DNA of 63,871 bases, filler included, from Reticulomyxa filosa (taxonomy: Eukaryota; Protista; Foraminifera), in assembly GCA_000512085.1 (NCBI GenBank). It is 30 parts of 30 records of this genome, joined end to end, with 100 filler letters (N's around TTAATTAATTAA, not from the genome) between each part and the next. Parts side by side here need not be neighbours in the genome. Positions count along the whole stretch, not along the records: positions 1 to 1,728 come from ASPP01036264.1; positions 1,829 to 5,032 come from ASPP01007548.1; positions 5,133 to 6,517 come from ASPP01027999.1; positions 6,618 to 7,657 come from ASPP01038380.1; positions 7,758 to 8,945 come from ASPP01001431.1; positions 9,046 to 11,577 come from ASPP01032904.1; 24 more parts are not named here. The stretch is one strand, 5' to 3'. The position numbers and the translations under genes are program-made. How positions within the stretch are numbered: position 1 is the stretch's first letter; the number at the start of each line of letters is the position of its first letter. This document shows, in pieces, positions 1 to 11,500 of the stretch. The notes under the pieces were generated by a model. The model was not told where the DNA came from. It saw nothing but the letters and a program-made list of their open reading frames with translations, and did not search any database.

Positions 1-19
1 CATGACGGCAAAAAGATAA

Positions 20-1690
20 TACTCGAAGTCTTTTGCCAATAGTGTCCAGAATCAATTTCTATTTCACGCTTTCTTTTAGATTAAAAATATTAAAGTTCAG
101 AAGTTTTTTACGATGAGTATGATTTGATTATGAAGAGGTCAAGTGAGCTGGAGGTGAGATATTATAATTATCACTAAAGAAAAATTACAATTCACACAAA
201 AAGATAAATTTTTCAATCAAAAAATGTGAGGCAAGCGTTAAATACTTGCGATCAAATATGCCACAAATTTGGCATTGTTTGTACTTCGCTTCACCCTTGC
301 TTGGCACTGCAATCACAACAGCCACTTTCCAAGTTCTTGATAGACAGGTATTATATTCTTTGTAGACCTATGTTATATACGTGTGTATTGTCATAAATAT
401 TTCAATCACATTACAAAAAAACATTATAACTTGGAATACATGTTGCAAATATAATCACGATAATAACCAGCCCACCATTTTCAATTCATCATGAACCACA
501 GTACACTATATGGACCTCCAATTTTTTCCCCCAAATTATACGTCATTCAAAACGCATAACATGGTCCATATTTAATGCACGCCATCATTAATAGATATTT
601 GTCCAATGATGAACAAATAGATTTATTGAAAAATGATAGACATGTTCGTTGTGTGTGACTTCCATGATTTGATATATTGTGTGTTTCATCAGCAACAATT
701 CGACCATGATGTTGCCACTTTTGCTTTCATGTATGCAATCATCGATATTGCTGAGGTTGCTGTCACAATTACCATTATCGCCGGAAACTCGTTGCGGCAC
801 CAATGATAATATAAACAGCAAAAACGCGTCCATTCGCATTCCAAAACTTCGTTGATACATCTTGGAATATCTGTTAAAATATTTCAAGCAACACATATCA
901 CATACATAACAATAAATAATCAATATACGTATAAAGATGTTGTTTTGCTATTAGTTGTTGGATATGTACATATTTAAAAAAAAAAAATGTAATTTAAAAC
1001 TTTTTCAAGCAATGGACCCAAACACGATTATAACAACAGGTAACAGGAACTTGGAACAGGCACACATAAATGACCAACCGAATATCGTGTAGATGAGGGG
1101 ACTAGACTGCTGACATAAAATGCTGTTCATTATCCATCCAGCAGGGCCTAGCGCCACTAACACATTGCCAGTATCCAAACTTTTTTCTTGGTTTGTTAAA
1201 TAATAGAGCGACTTTTGAATCGTCGATCCAATTATCGACTGACACGACATTGTTGCTTTTCCGTGCACACCAAATCAAATCGTGGAATAAAGCAGCGGTA
1301 CCCAAATATATTGGCGAGCACAATACCAGTCCAATGTATTAAAACAATTGACAAAGAGCTGGACTGTGTTTCGTTGTTGCCATCATAAGCATCACTGGCG
1401 CTGCGCTTGACATTGCCACACCAGTCAAGAAGCTTCCATTGAGAGTGCACTATGTAAAATTAGCAAAGCCGCCACTTGCAGACGTGAAAAGCCATTATCA
1501 CAACGAAAGTAAAGTTGACATAATGTCTTTTTTACTTTTTAAAACAAATCCAACGCGATATTCTCGGAATCTTCTTTCTATTCATCCTTATTCTCCTCCT
1601 ATCTTCCTTTTCTTGTTTACTGGTGATGTTGCTTGGAGTTTCGCAAAAATCATCCATGAAATTGAGTCACGATACTGGAAGAATAGTCAA
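20..1690 (-). pseudogene. Decayed copy A of an unidentified multi-copy, probably multi-pass membrane protein gene family
   Basis: Colinear nucleotide similarity to 39790-41545 and 62266-62720. Minus-strand fragments are hydrophobic (YLGTAALFHDLIWCARK, VLVALGPAGWI, FLLPVVIIVFGSIA). Many stops and frameshifts. Confidence 0.7.
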
Positions 1691-1728
1691 ATGTGATATT
1701 GGTTCAATCGACCGCCATATGTGATTAC

Positions 1729-1828
1729 NNNNNNNNNNNNNNNNNNNNNNNNNNNNNNNNNNNNNNNNNNNNTTAATTAATTAANNNNNNNNNNNNNNNN
1801 NNNNNNNNNNNNNNNNNNNNNNNNNNNN
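1729..1828. other. Artificial contig linker (44 N + TTAATTAATTAA + 44 N); first of 29 identical linkers
   Basis: The identical 100-nt block starts at 1729, 5033, 6518, 7658, 8946, 11578, 14546, 17649, 19910, 21305, 22880, 24148, 26902, 28093, 29323, 30968, 36138, 37971, 42427, 43855, 46271, 48424, 49876, 52076, 53374, 58221, 59901, 61001 and 62166. TTAATTAATTAA places stops in all six frames. Confidence 0.99.
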
Positions 1829-2860
1829 GTCAATTGTTCTTTTAAAGTACACTGGACGCAGAAGAAGAAGAAGAAAACCTCAAGATCGTATTGCCAAAGT
1901 CACTTTTGGTGGAAATGCAAGCCCAAAACAAATATCTTGGGGAAGTGGATCGAGACATATCGATTTCGATGAAATTTTATACATTGCTTGGGGACATTGG
2001 ACACCGGTATTCCAATCAAGAAAGGACCAACTTGATCCTACCTTATGTTTCAGTGTTGTTGGAAAGACTCAAACATTAGATGTACATGCTCAAAGTAAAG
2101 AGATGGCCAAATTGTGGGTTAAGGGATTGATAAAATTGATTGGACAAACGGACGAGCAGGCAATGAAACTCAGTAAACAAGGTTTGGAAACTGAAAACAA
2201 CACTGATGGTGATGATAGTAACCAGGCCAAAAAAGCAGACAAAGACAAAGGAAATACCAAAGAGCATAAAAAATGTGTCAGATCATTGGTGTTACTGCAA
2301 CAAGATCTGTTCGTCATGACCACCACTGTGTTCCGAAACTTGGAAGAGGAACGTATCTGGGACATTGATCAATCGGTACGTGATAAATTTAATGCCAAAC
2401 TTTTGTATGAAGAAGCCCTTAAAGAAATTGTACCATGGAGACAGTGGAATCATTGGGTTCGTGAAAAAGTGGTGGCCTATTTGAAAGAATAACCGAGTCA
2501 CAGTGCAACAACCAACTTATTTCCAAGACCAATTCGTGCAGCCAATGAATTTTGTATGTTTATGCCTTTTATTTAAATCAATTTTATTTGTTCGAGCAAT
2601 GTTGTTTGTTTGTTTGTTTGTTGAAAAAACAGTCTCAGCCTGTCAATCCAGTTGTTTATCAACCGGTCCAACAAATGCAGCCAATTCAAACAGTTCCAAT
2701 GCAACCACTGTTCCAGCAACCTATTCAGCGTGTGAACACACAAACGTTTACGCAACCCCAAGTGCAACGACCAAATATTCAGGGGTCAACAACAAGACGA
2801 AGCTTGTACCCTTATGTAAAATTGAACTACACTGGATTACTACTGGCTTTTACTTTGAGT
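1829..2860 (+). pseudogene. Interrupted gene with a Gln/Pro-rich C-terminal region, function unknown
   Basis: Consecutive ORFs 1891-2079, 2103-2492 and a QP-rich segment, with a GT-AG intron at 2554-2632 joining QPMNF to SQPVNP in phase 0. Broken by TAG 2077-2079, TAA 2490-2492 and small frameshifts. Confidence 0.5.
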
Positions 2861-3748
2861 GAAGGTTTTCTTTTTTATGTCCTCAGAGGCGTTGTAATGT
2901 ATCATGTCTTTTCACCTGTGACAAGCAGTTTGTGTTGCAAAAAATGAAAATCCAATATACGCATAAAGTCTAAAACGATGCTTTTACATTTTTTAAGAAT
3001 TGCTGTAAAAGGACAACCTCAGTGCCCGAAAAAGATATATAATTTGAAGAGAAATAAGGGAAAAAATGACTTAAACAATTTTAAAACATTAATAAAATGG
3101 AGAACATAGATCTAACAATAAACAAAACATATCAAAAAGGAGCTCAAACAACAATAACATTTTCCATACGCATATCCAATTGGAGGAAAAAAAGATAAAT
3201 AAGAATAAAAAAAGATTTGCTTTTGGTCCTTCCCGTTGTGCTTACCAAAACAAAACAAAAAAAATGCAAAGACATCCCCAATTTAAAAATGTGATAGCTT
3301 TATTGTGTCTGTTGTGGCCAGTTCATTCGACAATGTATTCAAACACTTTCACAGACCACTCAATGAACACTGACTCTTTCCAATTGAACTTTTCGGTCAT
3401 CATTCCCAGGTGCTGTCGATTTTCGGAAGGATTTTGGAAGCTAAAAAATTTGACAATAATAATAATAACAAACGTTCGGATTTGAATCGACTTTTGGATC
3501 AAATTCCCTATTGTTATTTGACGCCCGTCTATCCAATGGTAATGATCTTGAAACACGTGAACGCAGATGCTCTGTACAAGTGTGTGCACTGGACACGATC
3601 ACCGACGACAAGTCGAAACACAAAGGAAACACACCTGTCTCTGTCATCATTATAAACATTTTGTTCTTATACGTAATGTGCATGTGTGCATGTATGACAG
3701 AATAGAAAGCACGCACAAGACTGTATCGATCTCAAATCTGAGAGGCAA

Positions 3749-4723
3749 TTGAAGACAAGCGCAATCGAGATAAAAAGACAGAAGAGACAAAGAGTGAGAA
3801 AGACAGAGAGTGAGAAAGACAGAGAGGAAAAAACCAATGAACACGAGCAAATTCGCAAACACATGGCGGAGAGCTTGGTATTTGGTCTGAGTGAGATCGA
3901 ACATTTCATTTCGCATGTCGATAGTCCATCCAATGATATCACTTTTTTTGACATATTCAATTGTATCATGAAAGACGCTTCTCTTCATATCGATTTGGCA
4001 CAGTACCTTGTTACGCATTTGTTTCATCCTTTCTTGGAAATCGCTTTATCTTCCACACCTGCAAATAATAAGATGAATGGTAACTATATCAAACAAAATG
4101 TTTTGTTTTGTTTTTTTTTTTTTTTTTATGTACACTTGGTGCACATATTGATACTCAAAGGTACTACTTTGGTGTTGAAACGCCTGAAAGAAGAAATAAA
4201 CAATTTGAACAGCTGTGCCATATGTTTGGAAGAAATGGACTACAAAAACTATTGCAGATTATCTCGCTGTCGGCACTTGTATCACTTTTCATGCATACGT
4301 GAGCATCTCAAGTTTTCTGGAGACAATCGCTGTCCTTTGTGTCGCTCGCGGTTTGAAATGATCCAAGCTCGCAAAATTGAAGACAAAACCCAAAAAACCG
4401 TCTTGGAGTTGTTTCAAACCAATCAACTCACTGAAAATGACGAAGATGATGCCAGTGACAGCAATATGAGTGATATTCTCTCTAGAGTGGAGCGAACGAA
4501 TAGCTTGTTTTCAGCTATTAATGCACTCCAACAACGAAACATTTTATGTCAGCAATGTCAGCACAGAATTCATATTTCATATGCCAACAATCGGGGTGAA
4601 AGGCATGGATTTATTAACTGTGCTCTATGTGATCATTTCTTCCATGTCAGATGTGTAAACCCAGATCTCTTTATTCAATGTCAAGAATGTCTAATGTTAA
4701 GTAGTCGCAAGTTCTTATTTTAG
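3749..4723 (+). CDS. RING-H2 finger plus PHD-like zinc finger protein (putative E3 ligase); multi-exon, upstream exons from about 3265
   Basis: CAIC-x-CRHLYHFSC-x-CPLC fits the C3H2C3 RING-H2 pattern, and CQQC...CALCDHFFHVRC...CQEC fits a C4HC3 PHD. An in-frame 81-nt GT-AG intron at 4080-4160 explains the poly-Phe stretch in the ORF track. Confidence 0.8.
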   Translation: MKTSAIEIKRQKRQRVRKTESEKDREEKTNEHEQIRKHMAESLVFGLSEIEHFISHVDSPSNDITFFDIFNCIMKDASLHIDLAQYLVTHLFHPFLEIALSSTPANNKMNGNYIKQNVLFCFFFFFYVHLVHILILKGTTLVLKRLKEEINNLNSCAICLEEMDYKNYCRLSRCRHLYHFSCIREHLKFSGDNRCPLCRSRFEMIQARKIEDKTQKTVLELFQTNQLTENDEDDASDSNMSDILSRVERTNSLFSAINALQQRNILCQQCQHRIHISYANNRGERHGFINCALCDHFFHVRCVNPDLFIQCQECLMLSSRKFLF

Positions 4724-6667
4724 TCTAATGCTATGTGTGTATAATCTGCATGTTTTGCATTTATTTACTAATTCTCGATTGATTTGTGTACAGAACTGTG
4801 CACAGATCGTGCGTACACCGTGATCAAAGGTGGTCGAACGTGAATAATGTTTGGACTCATACACATGATGAGGAATAACAAAAACACGCTTTTACAAATC
4901 TTTCATTTTTTTAACAGTAATGCTGGTGTTATTTTGTGTTCAATTGGTTGATTTTTTCTATTTTGTTGGAAATTGTTCCATTTACGTTTCGTGTTGTTTC
5001 ACAACTTAATGTTCCGAGTACTTACACTGCGANNNNNNNNNNNNNNNNNNNNNNNNNNNNNNNNNNNNNNNNNNNNTTAATTAATTAANNNNNNNNNNNN
5101 NNNNNNNNNNNNNNNNNNNNNNNNNNNNNNNNTCAAATTTTTTAAACAATTATGAAAGATTTAATAAAAAACCAAACGATATTTAAAAAACACACGATTT
5201 GTAGATATTTTTTAAAAAATTATGTCTGAATGTTGTTTTTTCTTGAAGAAAATCAATCATCTCTATAAGGTGCCGTTTTATGTGCCAACTTTACTTTGCA
5301 TTGACTGTAATTGATATTAACATATGTTTCCACTGCTATATACTTATAAATTAAGTGAAATATAGTCATTTATGTTATTTATCTAAATTATTCAATAAAA
5401 CGACAACGCAATAATGTATAATTTATGGAAATATCTTCGAAATCTGGAATGTATCTTTATTTATCGTTATTTCTTTTCATATAATTACATTTTCGTTTAG
5501 TCATAATCCGATCAAAATAGTGAAATTTTATATTACATTTTGCTGGAAAATCTTCAGTTTATACATTTGATCTTATATACTATTAAATGATAGAAAGATA
5601 AATTATTATGAAACTATTAATTATTTAATTGAAAACAAAAAAAGTATACTTAATATAAAGTTAAAAGATATTTTAATCGTAAATGTTCAATAATATATTG
5701 AATATTTTATATGTATACGAAGTTATTAAAATTATTGTAACTAATTGTTATTATTATTTGTACAAATGAAATATCGAAAGGACAAGAAACAATTTATCAA
5801 CATTGATAAAATGATATTTTATGTCTTAATTGACTTACAAAACAAAATTGATAATATTTTGCATAGTAATATTTAATTTAATTTTCAAAATTAAATTTGT
5901 AATAATTCAAATGTATTATGTACATACAGCTTTTTATTTGCTGCTTTCATTTGAGTACTATGTTCTATTTCTTTGAAACAATGCTCTTTTAACTTGAAAG
6001 AACTGAGTTTTGTGCAAAGTTGGAAGTGCAAATTCAGTTAATATGAAAGATTGCTTAGTGATTGTCCAACATTCGACAAGACCAACCCAAAAAAAGACTC
6101 TGAAAAGACAGAACGTACCCTTTTCTTTCGGACGTTTCTTTGTCAACATATAATATTGATATTTGTAAGATGAATACAAATACAGGACAAAATGGAAGTC
6201 AGAATCAACCAAAGAGTATTGACTCGATCTCAAATTCCATGGTTAGTTTTTTAATTTTATTGCGTTGTGACCAGACAAAAAAGGGGTTTCGAACAAAAAA
6301 AAAAAAGGTTAAACAGGAAAAAAAAAAGTGTGAAGAGACGTATCTTCAGTTAGATGATTTAAAACGAGGAATAATGTTATGTTCTCTTTCAAATAACAAT
6401 GATAAAGTTAAGCAAATATGTGTAAAAATCAAATAGCATGGAGGAAAAAAAAGGGGTATTTCCGAATAAATTGTGCTGTGTATATGATTAAAACAACGAA
6501 AAACAAACAAAAACTGTNNNNNNNNNNNNNNNNNNNNNNNNNNNNNNNNNNNNNNNNNNNNTTAATTAATTAANNNNNNNNNNNNNNNNNNNNNNNNNNN
6601 NNNNNNNNNNNNNNNNNTACATATACGTATATGTATATGTATACGTGCTCCTTTATATATATACAAA

Positions 6668-7657
6668 AGTTTGGAGCCAACAAAACTTTTTCAGAGTGAT
6701 CTGTAATGGTTTGTTTTTGAGCAGCTGTTAAGATAAGGTCAGCAAATCTATCCTTTGGCGTCGTTCATGGTCATTTTCATTTTAATTTTCTTGCCCTTGT
6801 CTGCCTTCTTCCTCTTTATTCTCACTTTCATTCTCATCCTCGTCATCGTCGTCATCATCATCTTCTTTCTCTTCGCGAAAATCACCACTGGACATTTCAT
6901 CATCCACGGACTTGGACAAACTGGCAACTCGCTGATGAAACCTTGCGGAAGTGGAGACAACAGGGGCCGATGCATTATCAACGCAAGGATTGATGATCGG
7001 AGTGATGCCACTCATCATTCCATATTGTCTCTGTTTGTTTTTTTTTTTTAATAAATACTAAATAAATAAATAAATAAATCTTATATACATGTATATAAGA
7101 TTAGACTTGAAAAGCATGTTCTTGAAGAACCAATGCCATTTCAAAGCACGAATGTCCAATTATATATTTTTGTTCCTTGTCTTCGGCGTCTATGTAACTC
7201 CAGCCGACGTTGTTTCCGCAGAACTTGCACCAGACGTCGCAGACTTGATGGACGCCGGTGGTGAGTTGTCTGCATTACTCTTCGCCAAACTCCACGTTGA
7301 CACACGATGCGATCAAATACGCCGTGCTCGTGCATCCTTTGAACTGTCGATCCACGACATACTCTGAACTCGTCAAATGCGTCCCGCAGCGTCCACACCT
7401 TTCTTTTTTCTCGTCTTCGTCCGATGAACTGTCTCTTATGCTCCATACGTCTTCCTCTTCACTTTCATGCTTCTCATCTTCCTCATCGTCCTCATCATCA
7501 CTTTCCATCTGTGCTATCAATGTGTTGTCTCGCTTGCTTTCTTTATTCGTACCTTTGTTGCTATTGCTATTGCTATTACTATTACTATTGCTATTGTTAT
7601 TGTGATGAGATTGATATTGCGATAATGAAGTTATTACTGTTGTTGCTGTTGCTGTTG
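6668..7657 (-). pseudogene. Yippee/Mis18 (YPEL-like) zinc-binding protein with acidic flanks; three in-frame TAA; partial
   Basis: CGRCGTHLTSSEYVVDRQFKGCTSTAYLIASCVNVEFGEE*CRQLTTGVHQVCDVWCKFCGNNVGWSYIDAEDKEQKY matches the Yippee consensus (CxxC.THL...F.G..G.AYL...VNV..G....R...TG.H.V.D..C..C...GW.Y). Intron at 7031-7106. TAA at 7275, 6782 and 6728. Confidence 0.8.
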
Positions 7658-7757
7658 NNNNNNNNNNNNNNNNNNNNNNNNNNNNNNNNNNNNNNNNNNN
7701 NTTAATTAATTAANNNNNNNNNNNNNNNNNNNNNNNNNNNNNNNNNNNNNNNNNNNN

Positions 7758-8555
7758 ATGAAAATGAAATGAATAAATCAAAGGAATTAAACAAATTAAA
7801 CGATTACAATGAATGGTCTCCTTTCACAGACAATCACAATGACCCAATTATCATTGGAAGAGATGAAAATCACAATTATGAAGGAGTGCGTACAGTGATT
7901 GGTGGAATCAACAATCATTTGTTATTTATCACTTATTATGAAAATAATATTAGTGTGTTTGATTTAAATACATTTCAATTTATTAAACACGATAAATTAC
8001 CAACTAATAATTCAATACTTTGTCATTGACTTTATATCAAAATTAGAAAATGGACAAAACTATCAAATGCTGTTGTTTAAATATAATACAGGATTATCAA
8101 TTGAATATGATGACGATAATAGCACTTTTCAATTTCAGAAACTACCTGTTTGTCATGATATTGCACCATTCTATAAATATGCATATGTGTGTATCAATGA
8201 TGTAATCTTGTTCTTTGGTGGATGTGGTAATGATATTTCAAAATCAGTGTACAAGTATTCAATTCGAGAAAACAAATGGGTGACATTTGAAAACATTTTA
8301 CACAGTCCATTATATAATTGTGTTGCAATATTGAGTGAAGACAACATGTTTGTGCATATTATTGGAGGATTAAATGCCAAATGTGAAAGTATATCAATAC
8401 ACATGAAAAGTGAAGTGAGTAAATGGCTAAGTAAAGAAGAAATGAAAAAAGGAATTGAATTGAAAGCGGAAGAAGAAAAAGAAGGAGAAGAAAAGGAAAA
8501 TGAAATGAAAACAATAGTAATAATAAAGAAGCAAACGAAGAACAAAACAAAATGA
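7758..8555 (+). pseudogene. Kelch-repeat (beta-propeller) protein fragment with a frameshift near 8029
   Basis: Kelch-type units VIGGINNH, ILFFGG...VYKYSIRENKW and VHIIGG. ORFs 7769-8029 and 8067-8555 are separated by an apparent 1-nt insertion (CH-C-FISKLENGQNYQM). Followed by a Glu/Lys-rich tail. Confidence 0.75.
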
Positions 8556-11500
8556 AAAAAGATAACGATGTTGAGCGTTGCTTTATAACTGGAAAATGAA
8601 AAATCATTTTTAATTAACAAATTAATAAATGCAAAATTATGTTATTTGTTTTAAAATAGAACGCAAATGAAAAGGATGAACAAACAAGAGAAAAAGGATT
8701 TAATGAAAATTACACCTACGTTATGAATATATTTTTTTATTTGTTGCATTGTATTATATATGTTAAAACAAAACAAAAAAAAAAAATAGGAAAAAAACAA
8801 AAGATGGATGGAATGGTGGAATGAAAGAGAACAAAAAATAAAACAGAGATCATTCAAAAATTTAAAACAATGTCAAATGAACAATTTGGAGTATTATTAA
8901 ATGAATGCAAATGGAAACATACAATCACAAAAGATGATATCGCTTNNNNNNNNNNNNNNNNNNNNNNNNNNNNNNNNNNNNNNNNNNNNTTAATTAATTA
9001 ANNNNNNNNNNNNNNNNNNNNNNNNNNNNNNNNNNNNNNNNNNNNTCAGTTGATATGGGGTTGTTGCGATAAATATTGTTGAATTAGTGTTTATAAGTTA
9101 CCTTTATTAAAAAAAAAGAAGTTTTTTAGCCAATTGTACTTCAAACGAATAACGTATCGATTATTATCTCGTTTGATGCTTAGCTGTCCAAAAATGCTGA
9201 ACAGTTATAATAATGAAAAAAGGGAAAAACAATTGCAAACAAAATGTTAAACAGCCAAAAACGTAGATTTTTTTAGTTTTCTTTTTGATTTTTGTGCTAT
9301 TTTCTTGGTTTTTATTATTTAAATTTGAGAAAACAAGGATTTTAAGCCAGTGGCATCAGTGAACAACAAACTGCTTTGTCAGCAATAATTTATAAATGTA
9401 AAAAGAATATCAAACAACCTAAGTACGGAACATAAAAACAAGAAACGAAATTCATGTTAGTTGTGTAATGAAAATAGATATTTTCATTAGATTGACTTAT
9501 TGTGACAATAATGCTATTCACTTTTGGAGATGATCACCATTATTATTGCTTATAATTTTTTTTTATTCGTAAAAGCATCAAAATACATTGGAAGACGCAG
9601 TCCAGAAAGGCAAATTAAAGTCTTGCACTTTAAAGTACTGAAAACGTTCACCAGAAGATGCAAACCAAACGTTTAATCAAATGGTTATTGGAATTGTCAA
9701 ATACAATTCCCAAAGACTAGTTCGATCCCAATTAATGAGTTCTCAAAAATGATCACCTTTAGACATTTTCACGTACATATACTTTTTATTTCAGGCAAAC
9801 TACGTATAAACCAAATTATCTTTTCAACCAAAAAAATACGTCATCACCACATAAAAAGTGGACGTTTGACACATTGAAATATTATGTAACAAATAATTTT
9901 GCTATGTGCCAATGAAAAATGAACATTGCAAGAATAACACGACCCACATCATGACGAGGTGAAATAAACATTTGATTTGCAGACTTGGATGTACGTTCTC
10001 TAGTTTCCACAAATGATAGAAACTGTACAAGCAAAAAAACGTCTATATTACAAATAACAAGGCAAAAAGAACTATATACATCCCAAGTGGGTGATATTTC
10101 TAATTCTGTACAAAATTTGTGCATATTTGCCAAAATAATTTATTTTTTTTCAAAAAGACCTAATTAAAAAAAAAAAGCAGCTCCCTTTTTTCCTTTGAAA
10201 CAAAAATACTTTTTTATGTTGTCTCCGGATTCAAGCTGTGTTTTCAATAACAGGACATAATTGTATTATGAAATATCTACCCTTGTCACCGCATGGATTT
10301 TCTACAGTTATTGATATAGTATTTTTTGCACGTTCTTTGAAATTGCGAAAGCAAAAAACATACATAGACATACATTTTGAGACAACGTGCCAATGACGTG
10401 TATATCTATCTCCAACTCAAAACACATTTTCTTTTTGTTTCAAAGAATGAGCACAGCTTATTTTTCTTGTTAGTTAAGCAATGCTCGCTTTCTTACCTTT
10501 TGAAAGGTAACCCTACAACTTAAAAAAAGTCGGCCAAAGACAACAGCAATAGTCTCAAGAAAAAATAAGCTAAAAGGAACGAAAAACAGAAAATATAAAA
10601 CTAATATAATTGTCGGAAAAAAGCTACAAAAAACACTGATGAAAGTAATGGAGACATTTCTCTGGACTGTCGTGTGAATAAAAGCAAATAAACCGTATTC
10701 ATTTAAATTAAAAAAATTTAAAAAGAACTAGCTTTCTGAAAGATTGAAGGGAAACATGTTATCCTCAAATACAAATATAGCCATTGTATGATCCATAACA
10801 CAGATTAATACCACAACTAAAATTATTACTGCTTTTCTGCTATTTTTTAATTGAAGAAATGTAAGAGAAAATTCTTTATTTGTCATTTGATCGAATACCC
10901 CAAAATCGAATTGTATTACCTTAAACATATCAAATATCATCAAATTAATAAACAAGCTTTACACAACTATTTATTTCATACATTATGCGCAGATTTCGAA
11001 AAAGTATTAATGGGTATGGAAGGAAAGTTGCAATATATTAGATTCAAAAAAAGATATAATGATAATTGGTATTGTCAATATGCTAATATTCAATTACTAT
11101 ATCTGTGGAAATGTTATCAAACAGTAATCAATAAACAAACTATGCATTTATTATATTGTGTTTATTTTCTTATCAATAATCATGTTAAATAAATATAAAA
11201 CAAGATATTGGATTGTAGAAGAGTGTGTATATTATGGAATGAAAAATGTAAAGACTATTTTCGTGTATTTGATTATGAACATAGAATAATAATGTTATTT
11301 GAAAATCACTGTCTCCAATTTGGTTAAATTTTTAATATATCCTTTTAGCCATTTTTTATTTTGATTAATATTTAAACTATTTCATTAAAAAAATCCAACT
11401 AAATATGGTTGCATCAAATCACTTCCATTCCTTAAATGATGTGCATTCAATGGAACTGTTTTCATCTATCGATTATTCAATCTCACAAAAATAGATTATA

